A program made the position numbers and the translations under genes. Shown piece after piece: positions 40,901 to 52,900 of a DNA stretch of 64,000 bases (position 1 is the first letter of the stretch; each line of letters starts with the position of its first letter). The stretch is from Fimbriosthenelais zetlandica (taxonomy: Eukaryota). The stretch is taken from the NCBI GenBank assembly GCA_977030845.1, contig OZ365116.1, positions 20,336,001 to 20,400,000 of the forward strand, given 5' to 3'. The notes beneath the pieces were generated by a model, which had not been told where the DNA came from, ran no database searches, and saw only the letters and a program-made list of their open reading frames with translations.

Positions 40901-43900
40901 AGTGCAGCCGAAGCTTTTTCCGAATCGTAAAGATATACTGATTGTCTATGGTTATTGCTTAGGGCCAGATATCAAGTGTCCAGACAATCTCTTTGTTCTG
41001 CCATGTTAAACACCTTCCACAGTGCCGCACAAATGGCATTTTGATGATAGTCCTAATGGCAATCTGTATTTGATGGCTTTCATCTCATATGGAGGAATTA
41101 ATGGGCAATACTGGCTAATAAATAGCTTTTTATCTCGATTCCTCATATTAATGTACTGAAAATGACTTAAGCAGTTCACCTGAGGAAGAAGCTAAGGAGA
41201 GTAAAGGTTAAAGTAAAGTATAAAGGTATAATATGTAGACATCAGTGCTTGGTGTTATACCTGGCTCCCGGCTTTACTGGTACAGTACTCAGCCATTGCT
41301 CTGTCTCTGATGTTACAGAGATTGACAAGGCAGTGATTTGTCAAAGCTTTAATGTGTATCAATATTGAAACAGGCCAGCATCTTATATAGTAGCTGGTCC
41401 ATATTATACCTCATAGAAATATCTCTGTAGAAGAGAAATCATATGAGAAAATACCTTTAAAACATATTTAATCCAAGAAAAAACACCATATGTGTAAGTT
41501 TTGGCCAGTGAATTCTTTATTCAGGGGAGGACTGGCAGCTCGGTGATGTGACGAGCCTATTGGTCTATGTGATTGTGTATACATGTAGATTAAGTTTCTA
41601 TATACATGAGTGAATCAAAGCACATGGCTTGGTGGACGATTCAATAAAGGGTAAACTGGACCAGCTCCATGGCCTACCTTGAGATAACAGGTGAAATAGA
41701 TACATCGCTGATGGCAGTCACGCCTCCACACCGCGCTCCACAAAGTCACTGCTTATTGCAAGAATTGCCAGATAAACGTGCTTTGCGAAGTTGACTCAAT
41801 GTCCCCGGCCTCCCCCTAATCTACCGTTATAAGCAGCTTTCAGATGCTAGTCAGTCCAGCTTTACAAAGAGAGGTTAAAAGGAGGACGCTTAGGCTGACA
41901 AAACAAGCATTCAGCTTGAGCAATCAAATATACAACTGCTGCTTACAAGATGTTAGGTGCGACATTGGAAAGAGGAATTTTATGTTTTATCGCGTAAAAG
42001 TGCCTGATGCAAAGGTTCTTTCTCTGTACCTTTTTATAAGAACTATCTTCTTATTCTAACAAGTTACATTTCTTCATTTTTCTCCAGATCTAATGAATGA
42101 CTCAGACGATGACCTGGAGAAGAATAAAAGGAGTAAAAAGGAAGCGCAAAAAACACAAGTAAGTATCATTCTGAAAATCTTAATTTCATTTTTTAATTTG
42201 CTTTCCCGACAAATAAATGTTTAATTGTAATGGAAACATTCCACTTTTTCTTCCTTCTCTCCTTTCTTTCTGAGTCCTGATCTTTAGTAGTCATCCATTG
42301 ACTGATATCATTTCTGAGAGGGAAGTTATCCCATAAAGAAACCATCACAGCCTTTTTAAGTAGATGAGCCAAGGGCGAGCTGGGAGAGAGGAAGGTCACC
42401 TTCTCTTCTTGCCCATTTTCTCCTCATTAATGTGTGATCAATACCCTTGTATCCCTTTAGCATCATTTCCTCCCATAACAGGAGCCTAGTGGTGGCTACA
42501 AGTTATGTTTAGTTTGATACCCTTTATACAAAAGCTTATTGTCTTAATAATTCTCCCCTCATTCAAAATCATTCACACCTCCTAGTGTTATGTATATCAT
42601 TTATTTCTAATAAAGAAAAAGACCCATGGTTTTCGATAAATATATATGTTTCCACCTCTATAAATCCTATGCAGTGTCCCAGTTTTCCACCTTTCATTCC
42701 CTTTCATTCTAGTTGACAATGAAACATCCGTATATCTCGATAGTCCATCAAATGAAGTAATACATAGTACAAATTGTCCTTCCTCTCCGATTACAACGTT
42801 TTTGAACGGTGGGCTGTCATAGCTGCCAGGAGTAAGTGCTTTTACACTTCCCATCATTGGTTTAACATTGAGGATCGTCCAAGCATGCCATTGATGCATG
42901 CCATGCCTCTGGTAAAAGCTAAATCCATTTCCTGTCCACTGCCGGCTCCTGCGTGGGCTGCCAATTGTTCGTTTGGAAAGAAAGCATGAGAGAGATGGTG
43001 TTGATTCGTCTTTAGGTGCTCCATGTCTACAGGAAATCATTCATTGAAATGCCTGATCACGATACCATACATGCTTCTCATGGCATGCTGCGGCTATAAA
43101 TAGTGCATTACATTGCCTCTGACGTCATAGATAGGAGGGGAGTGGTAGGGGGAGACGAGGTATACTGTCTTTCTCACAAGGTATGAGTGCAACCAATACA
43201 ATTGCTGGAGGGCTATTTATAGGCACCTGTCGGGTATATGCTTCTATATTGAGCAGAAGAAGTAGCTCCTCTATAAATGGCCCATGTCAGCTCATGTGGT
43301 GAGGGGCAGGTTTTGCATTTGGCATTAATGGCTTTGCTGGCTGGATTGTCTCGGGTGTGTAGACACAGTGGACCAACAGTTTGCTCAGCAGCGAGACAGT
43401 CTACGCCCAGTCTCCTAATGTATAAGCAATGGCTGGAGACAGTCTAGTTTTTGATCTCCTATTTATACGAATCCATCTCAACACAATTCTTCCATGAACA
43501 ACTTGTAGCTGAACTTGTTCTTGTTAAGATAGGATTGTTGACTCTATAAAAGACCTGCTGAACTTTCCAAGCTGTTTTTGAAGAATCCAGAGGATGAGAT
43601 GTCTTTTACCATCTCAAGTTTCATTCTGACATTTTTGACATGACATCTTAAAAGGTAAAATAAGTGTTAAATGAAGCAGCGTGGAGAAAGATCTCTTATA
43701 CATGCATATGCAGTTACACAACCGACATGAAACTTGAGATTGTTACGTTAAACCCAGAAAACACCTCGAAATGGACAACAAAAAACAGGAAAGCGCTGCA
43801 TGAATATTCATATTTAAATGAAATAAAAGAGCAGCAAAAAGCCAAACAGGCCAGAACGAACCAATCCCTTTGCCAAAATAAGTTAAAACCAAAAACAAAC

Positions 43901-46900
43901 AAAACCCAAAAAACAGCTGAGAGAGGACTTTTTGGGGGAAGCAGCGGCTGCCGTCCTGCATGTTAAGGACCTGTTGGAAGTAGGCTAACAGTCTGTGCTA
44001 CAAGTTGTTTCTCATGATGCAGCATTCATATGATGAGACGTGCATCACGCACACACGTCTCTATGACATCACCCTGGATGAGGCTGATTGCGTGAATCAG
44101 CATAATACCAGCAAGCTCATTAGTTTGGTTGGCAGACGATGAGATTTAATGAGGTAGAAATCTTGAGTCATTCATTGTAATACAAAGTTAAGCTTCATGC
44201 ATGATATTTACATACACTATGACATACCAGGCCCAGGCAAGACAGATATTTGCTCTCGGAAAATACCTTATCTGTCAGTACTTGCAGTCCATTTAAAATT
44301 AAAGCACACAGCTAGTGAAGTTGAGTGATGTTTCTTGATTAGTTTCCTATCTTGTCTTTCACCGGGACATCATTTTACCCTCCGACCAAACCTAACACAG
44401 CCTGATGTTATCATGTGAGAGCACTCAGTCAAAGCCTTACACACTGCCGCCCACTGGGATAAAAATCTTCAGACGTGATGGGGTTTTCAAGCTCAGCACA
44501 GGTCTCTTTTTTCTTTAATTCAAATTGAAGGTTGGACTAAGGATCGGTTTTAGATTGTGTCTACTGGGAAATAGCTCCTACTTCATATCTGCATCCACTT
44601 TGCTTCAATGTAAAAAAAAACTCAAAAAATCTCCGAGGTTAGCCGCGTTTATTTTCCGTCCATCTAGTAAACATGGTGCAGCAAGTAAAGTAAAGCAATA
44701 CAGATGTATTTGCCTATCCTTATTCCGAGGACGCTCCATGGGAGGTAAAAATTAATGAATATAGATTGGACCATCTAGCGAGATAAACGACCAATAACTA
44801 GTTGGTTTGGTGGATGTGGGATGTGTTTTGGGTGGAGCTAAGTGTGACAGAGAAGGGGTTGAGATGGGAGAGGCTATGAGAGAGGGCTGGGGATATGGCC
44901 TGTGAAATGAGAGGTGATTCATGGATGACTAGGATGTGGAGGCAGAAGCCCCCAGTCAGTAAAGTTATGGGGCCATGTTTTAGTTGAATAACGTCATGGT
45001 GGTCTTGGTGTTTTGTTGATGGCAGCTGTCAATCATCTCACATGCTTAATAAAGCCACGCCCACCTGAATTAACAGCTCATTAACTTCATCATTTACTGA
45101 TCACCAGGCAATCATTTCTGGCTTATTTTCCTCCATCAGACGCGAGTATCTTAAGCCTGGTGGTATCTATTAATAATTGTATTTGTTAATTACCAAGTCC
45201 AATTTTTACCACCATCCTGTCTCCGTCAGTGTCTCTGGCATGTCAAATGTATTTAACTTCTCAGTCAATTCAACTTCCTTGTCAAATGTCTTTACGTAAA
45301 TGACAGGGATTTGTATTTTGTCCATGTATTTTCCTCAGCTAAAATTAGCCCCAATGTTTTCTCAAATGATTAATCCGAAAATAGAAAGCTGAGACGGAGT
45401 TCTGGGTCTTATGGTTCCTTTGAGAGAAGTAGGTACGCTTGTAAAGTACTGGGCCAAGCCATTCCCAATGAACTGCTGCTTGACATTCAACTGGCTTCCA
45501 ATGAAAGCAACTTTATGTGCAGTCTGCTCGGTGTCCTTCGATAAAATATACTGCTGCTTTGCGAGGAAATTTATGTCAAGAATTTAAAAAACTTTGAGTA
45601 AGAAGCCCATTGCAGATTGCCTGAGTGGACGCTTGCCTTCAGTGAGAAATCAGCCCTCAGTGCTTCTCGTCTGCCTCCATTACTCATCCATCATGAAGCT
45701 GTTTGGCCACCATCGACCACCTCAAGTTATGAGACCTTTGAGGCCCTTCCCTCTCTGAGAGTCATAACTAGCTCTGGCCGTGGTAGACTCACTATTGGCC
45801 AACTATATGATTTCCAGTAGCAATATGTGCCCTCCGGACCAGAAGCAGAGACTGTTAAAGTACTTTATCCTTTGCCGCCATCGCTACATGTGTCAGAAGA
45901 TTGGTGCAAATTCTTATGTACTGCTCTCTATCCATAACATTTATGGTCTCATCCCCAATCTGATGATTGCCACTTCCTGATTTCTGCTTCTGGTGGCTTT
46001 ACATTCTCTTGACTAAACAATTTGTCTCTATGTAACTATTTGTAACTATTTCATAATTACATGCATTCAATATGTTATTATTGAGCCTGATCGAGTATTG
46101 ATCGCACAGTGGGTGGGGATAGATAACAACTGATCTACAAATATCTGGCCCCAATCTGAACAATTTATTTCTGGTTCATTTAGTTAGGGGCAGGCATAGC
46201 TGACAACAGGTTTTAGGGAGTGAGGTTGAATGTGATGTACGACTGCGGGCTTTTAGTGCCTGCAGCAGCCTCATGTTGCTGAGACCATAATCCAAACTGA
46301 TATGGATGCAAATGCATGCCTTCATCATCCAGCCTTCTCCCCCACCTTCCACCCTCTCACCCTCCCACCCTCTCACCCTCCCACCCTCTCACCCTCCCAC
46401 CCTCATTACCCTTCCCTCAGTCATCCCCCTGATGAGAAAAAGACAGCTTTTTGTGTGGATCATAAATCTTTAAAGTAGAGGAGGCAATTGGAGTAGCATC
46501 TTGATTTCCACCTGATCCTGAGATGGCTGACTCATCTACCCATAACACCCTCTGACTTTAGATTCGGTGCTATAATCCCCCATGATCTTCATCTGGTCTT
46601 TACATTCCCCAAGCCTGATTAGATATATGCTGCCCACCAAAGTAGATGAAGTAAAATGAGAAATAGATAACCAAAGTACCTGAGATAAAGATTGTATTGC
46701 CTTAGAGAGTGGAGTCAATTACTGAACTGAAATGTCTGTTTCTCTCAAAATTATACAAGTCCTATGGATAGGAGCTTGAATTTTGACATTGGCCAGCATT
46801 ATGGTGACTAGGTGAGAGCATGAGAGGATTGGGTCCACAAGCCATTGGCAGGTGAATGGTAGGAGAGGGGACTTGAGGCCGTGGTTGAGGAGAGGTGCCA

Positions 46901-49900
46901 GTCCCCCAGGCTTCAATCTCATTGACTGGGTGTAATTGTCCATGGCTGTGAATAGAGTGCTTAAGAATGTCAGCCCGAGCCACAAGCCTGATTACTAACC
47001 ACCTCTTGATTGGACCAGGCGTTTATTGCACTCCCAAAGAAAATAAATCAGCTCGAAATTTAATTTTAAAAACACCGTTGAAAAACATTTTTATATGTAA
47101 AGAATGAATATTTCCTGAATATACTTGTGCTCCCATGTCCTGATAAAAGTTTTGGTCATAGATCTTGTATTGATAGGTTGGAACTTCCACTTTGTCTTTT
47201 CTTTGTGCTCTTTTAGAATATTAAGGTTAGATAGTTTGTAGTTTTTCCTCCCTCTCCACCCTTTATCCCACCCTTACCTAAAATGAATTTGTAATTCCCT
47301 CCACCCTAGTGTTCGTTTACACATTATTACCTAGCTCTGTGATGCCGGGTAGGGTATAGTGTTATCCCTTTTTGTTCTGTAGGCGGTTTTGTTAGTTTTT
47401 TTGTCTTTTCTTGCAGGCGACATTTGATGAAATGGCTTCGGCAGATTCCATCCGGGACCAGATATCCATGGAGATACAGACTCTTCGCTCTCAGTTGGCG
47501 AGGAGCCAGGCCACTCTGGCAGCTCTTGTGAGTGCACCAGCCCCCAATTCCCCTACTGAGTCCGTTCAATCCGTTCAGAATCATCCCACTCAACCATCCC
47601 ATTGTCCAATACCAATCATCTGTATCTCTATTTCCGAGTAGGAAAACCTATCCGTATCAAACTACCTTGGTTAACAGAAAATTTGGCATTTTGATAATTT
47701 GAGTCTGAAGTTATGAATGCCTAGCTTAAAAATTGAGAAAGAAATCCAGAACAAGTTGTCAAATGACTCATTACAGAAATTATTGAATTAATAATATTCT
47801 GACATTCAAATTGAATTCTCCGTGTAGGACAACAAATATTTGAGCCTGAAAGTCAACACTGAACCCAAATGCAACAAGACAATCTGGCTTTCATTAGTGC
47901 TGTCTCAAATATTCATGAAAATGGGAAACTTGAAGCGTTGGTATTGGTTGGAGGTGAGGGGAGGAGCTGTGTTTGCTTTAGTTGTCAATGTGTGGCTGGC
48001 GCTCTCTCATACTCTTTTTGCCTTGCTTTCTCTTGCCCTTTCCATATGCTCTTAACTGAATATAATCTATGTTGTCTTGTAGATCTGGAGTATGCATGAT
48101 CCTGGAGGGAATCGTGTACTATATTTGAGAATATTTGTGTTGTTTGCAGGTATCTAATATCTATTATCTTCTTCCATATCCTACCTGTCTGTTGATCCTC
48201 TGTCAATCCCTTACTGTGCACACATACATTTATTGTCTTTAAACGTGGACATTAGTCTGTTGTATTCATTTTGTATTATAATTTTACTCCGGCAGTTTGC
48301 CATTGAATGAAATACTTGGTCTCCTCTCCCATGGAACCGAGGCAGCGAATATACCTGACTTAATGCGTGATTTCCACATGAGGTGGCGCCAGCAGCAGCA
48401 GCTCTCCCCCTGCCAGGCCTAATCTACCCTTTGATCCTTAATGCCATAATTAATCCATTCTCTAATAAGAATAGCCCGGGTTTTTTAATTTCCAAATGTT
48501 ATTTAGATTAGGTGGTCATTTAAACGTTAATAAACCACCTTGTTAGAGTATCAAATAGGCACTTATACACTGCCTTCCTGCTTCTGCTGTGTCTAATCTA
48601 GAGCCATATTAGTATGGATTATCACACATGGAGATCCAGGCATGATGAGCCATGGCAGATTACCTGGCTGTCCTCTCTCATGTTATATAAGTGGGTCATT
48701 ACATGTCCAGCCACGCCCACCCCTCACTTGCCCACAGACCACCCCAATCACTAGTCTTGATCAGCTATAATTTCATTGCTGACCAGGGCAGCTTAGGACC
48801 TGGGCTACGGGCATGAACTTCTGCCCCCGGATATTACCATAGACTCTCACCACCCACCTGTCTCACAATAGACATAGCCACTCTATGTTCTGCTCTTCAC
48901 GCAGACATCTCTCAGGTGATAATTTCTGGGAAAAGGCATTTTACCATCAGTTGCAGAACTTATTGGAAAAAGTGTAGATCCAATTCAATTGGTCTACCTC
49001 AAGAAATAATTATATAACTAATCTATTCTCAGGTAGGTAGGTTTGCATTAAACTGGAGATTTGTATTGAAAAAGTTAATCTTAGTTATGTCTGCAAAGTC
49101 TTTTAGTAGATATTGAGTTTCCATATTAATATCTACTAATATTGTATGCCTTTGGTCACCTAGGCAGCAGCTTGTTAGTGTTGAAGGCCTTGTCTGCCCG
49201 GGAACTGCTGTCAATTGACCTTGCTTCGTTAGGAGGGTCGAGCCTCTATACTCCCACTCCCACTACCAGCCTCATCCTCCTATTACATCTATATCCTACA
49301 CACTTTAATGTCTAGTGGCCGACCATTATAGATGCAATGAATATTACAATTAGCATATCATAATACTCTACCCAAGATGGCTCCCTGCCTCGCTCTAGAT
49401 ATAATGATGCTCTCCTATCAAATCTTTATGACAGATATACCCTTTGGCTTATAGCAAGCCAAGAATTCATTGCTTTTGTATTTTAATAACTTCTCCTTTC
49501 CTGCAAGTGTATGGTTGTTGTTGTCCACTTCTGTTCCAATATATACGTGTATGTTAGATATTATCTTTCTTACTCTATTTAATTATGGCTGTAATCTCCC
49601 TTTGTGATTGTCTGTCAGTTTTTATACCACCCGGCTGTCATCTTTGACCTTCTGATTGTCCATCTCATAAAAATATGATCACTTGGTTTCCCTCAGTCCC
49701 TCCCAAAATACCTTTTCATTCTAAGAACCCATGATTATTTAGCCTGTTGTCCTCAATGTCAACCCATGATCACCGCCTTGTCCTATATTGAGGTAACACA
49801 AACCTTGATAATTGGGTGTAGACGGAGGGGGGAGTCTATTGACCATTGTGGTGAGTCGATGATCGCCAGTGACGAGCAGCTCCCACACCGCCCGTGAGAC

Positions 49901-52900
49901 CGCCATGTTCCTCAACCTATCATCCTGTCATCACCATTAATACACACTTCCTAACCACACCTCTCATTGGCTCTCATATTTTGCTAAAGCTTCTTGTATG
50001 GAAACGAAAATGTTATTGCCATACTCAATGGACATATTGTATACTACTTACATGAGTTAGGGTTGAAGTGGTGCTGAGTTAGCAGGCCGTCTAGTGGTCA
50101 TTATTGACCGCTGGTAGGAGGAGGATGTGATATAACTAGTGGTAGGACACTATGTGACAATTGCTGACCACTACCATCTTGTATGTGTTGCAGCAATCGA
50201 AGGGCCTCCCACTTACTCGGACATCACACACACAGGACCCGGGTGGCTGGAAGACAGATCAGAACCAGCGACACAGTCCCAGTTCTCCTCTCATTGGTAA
50301 GTCTATCATTCCCTACTACTCCACGCCACTATATAATTTGAGAAGTCAACAACCTTCTAAAATTCTCTCTAATACTCCGGGGAAGTACATGCTTAGAATT
50401 TGTAGGTAGTTTGGAAAAGATCGACTTATAATTTGTGCAGCTCGTTGGAGTTGCCATAGTAAATTGAGAAGGAAGAATTTTTGTTCTGGAGGTGTTGATA
50501 CTTGGAGCTTTAAAGAATTTGTTTATAATTCTCAAGGGTATAAAGAAGAGAGGAGGGTGAGGCCGCGAGGCTTCAGCCACGGTGAGCACTCCACTCTACA
50601 TGTCCACGTGTCATAATTAGATTTAACTCGGCAAACTGTTGACATCCAGTTCAGCTAAGTGACATTGCATGTGTCTAGTCTCCGACCTTTGTCTGGAAAG
50701 AGTCTGGTTAAACTTGGTAAAGAAAGAAGCTTGATGCAACTGGTAACCGGTGATGGATCACCAGGTTTTTTCCTAATCATTGTGAGTGAATTTGATGGGG
50801 ACTGGACACTGTATGTCATTTAACTGGCCTGCGCTATATAGTACAGTTTGAACTTTCTATAGTACCAGTATACAGGCGAAGCAATGCTTTCAATCTGCAC
50901 TGAATGTTGAAGAAGCATTTAACTTGATGTATCACCATTCTTGGTAACGTCTGTGTGTTTTATCACTGCACTGCATTGTGATTTTTGGACACCTTGATGT
51001 GATACATGGTTGGTCTTGTAGAAAGTCAGTGTTCACAAATTTTCTACTTTTGCTACACCTCTTGCTCACCTTCTAATAAGTTAGTTGTATGTACTAAAAT
51101 GACTATCTTATCAGACAGATAATAGAAGTAGAAAGGATTATAATAAAGCATTAATATTAAGCCATATAGCTGTCCTAATAGAAGGATATTGTAGTTGTAC
51201 TCAACTACTGTATATTAGCACAGAAGATTAATTCAGATATACATTTAATATCCACTTTAATTTCCCTCAATTTTTGCTTAAAAACTTTGATTTGTGTAGG
51301 GAGTAAAATGTCATGGAGATGGCAGGTATAGTGGACTAAAGCCAGCTCTCTCCTGGCGGCTTGTACTGCTATAATGAATGGCGGTTATATTATAGCTGAC
51401 ATGTAGTTAATCATATTGATCCTCTTTCCTCCCATAGATGATCTGTAGTCTGATGATCCATCATACATTCACTCACACACACACACCTAAGCAGCCTTGC
51501 TTCCATGTGTGCATTAAATCACAGCTATAAATCATCCACAACAATGTTCATACCAGATATCATTTATAATTTAGATATAGCTAATAGCAGATTAATAGCA
51601 GTCCATGATAGCTTAAAATAGTATTGCAAAACCCTATGTAGGACTTAAAGCAATAATTAGTTTTAAGCAATTATTAATTATCATTGAAATGTGAAAGCCT
51701 TAGGGAATATCAAAGCAAAATCCATTCCAAATTATGTTATATTTTGCCAATTAAGAGCAATGAATGTTCATAGCTTTGTGCTATTTAATGTTATGATCCT
51801 GAAGGTGTGCTCAATTAAATCAGATCAATTAAATCAGATCATGTCTAATATTATCTGTAATGTTTATTTAAATGGTTGTGTTATTATTTCAGATGCCCTG
51901 ACGTTAGACTTCAGTGATAACCTGCCCACGTCCGGTAATAATAAAGTCAGCCGTCGTAAGGAGGGCTGTATCTCAGCTGACAGCATCCTAGATGGTCATG
52001 ATCCTGACTATGACGGTAACGGTAACCTGGAGTATGATCAGGGCAAGCTTCTAGCCAACTCCTGTCCCCATCTGTCCTCACAACGGGCTGGTCTAGTGAC
52101 GAGTGGCACTCAGACTGACTGTCCCGAGTACGTCAAGCCCCGGCCACCAGCCATTGGGGCCACCAAGTATGCAGTGGTAAATACGTCCACTGGGTCAAGC
52201 ACAAGCGGTGTGGTAGACTTGGACATTAGTTCTGGCAGTAACAAGTCAGAGCCGCATGGTGTGATCAAGAAGAGCGTGCTGATTGTGGAGACAGCCTGCA
52301 GTCCGGACACGTTACCAAGCTCACCAGAAGATCCTTACGATCCGCTCTGTCGTTATCGTACGTCCAGCTTTAAGCGGGCCATAGAGCGCGGTGCTTCTGG
52401 TGACTCTAGTAATCAGTCTTTTGAGACTGCTGACCCGGCCAGCACCAGTCCAGATCTCACCCCAGATCGTCCCTACCTGCCACCTTTTCCGGCTGTGCCC
52501 GGAGCTCGAGACGGCCACCTCCAGCTTCCCCCCTACCGGGAGCCTTCCCCAGATTCTAAATACTCAGGACTTAGCAGTCATCACAGTGGACACGCCTCAG
52601 TGCACCACAGTTCTCGTCACCACACTGACTCTCTCAACATTAGCAGTGCGTCATCTAGCAGTCGTGATTACGTCTCTTGTCCGTCATCTGTACTGAGGGA
52701 CTCATCGACTGACACCTCGTGGTCTAGTCCAGGTGGTAAGGACCACATCTCTGACACTGAACATCACCACAAAAAGGTACGATCCAGTACAGTAGAGAAC
52801 TGTGCTATAGAAATACAAGAGGCTTCACCCACGACAACTACTGCTACCGACACTGCTAACCAAACAGGCACCGGAAGCACTGCCACACAAGACGGCAGGT

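Noticed and set aside
42597-43040. 147-aa - strand ORF
   Set aside because: No recognisable motif, and it is not bounded by strong splice sites
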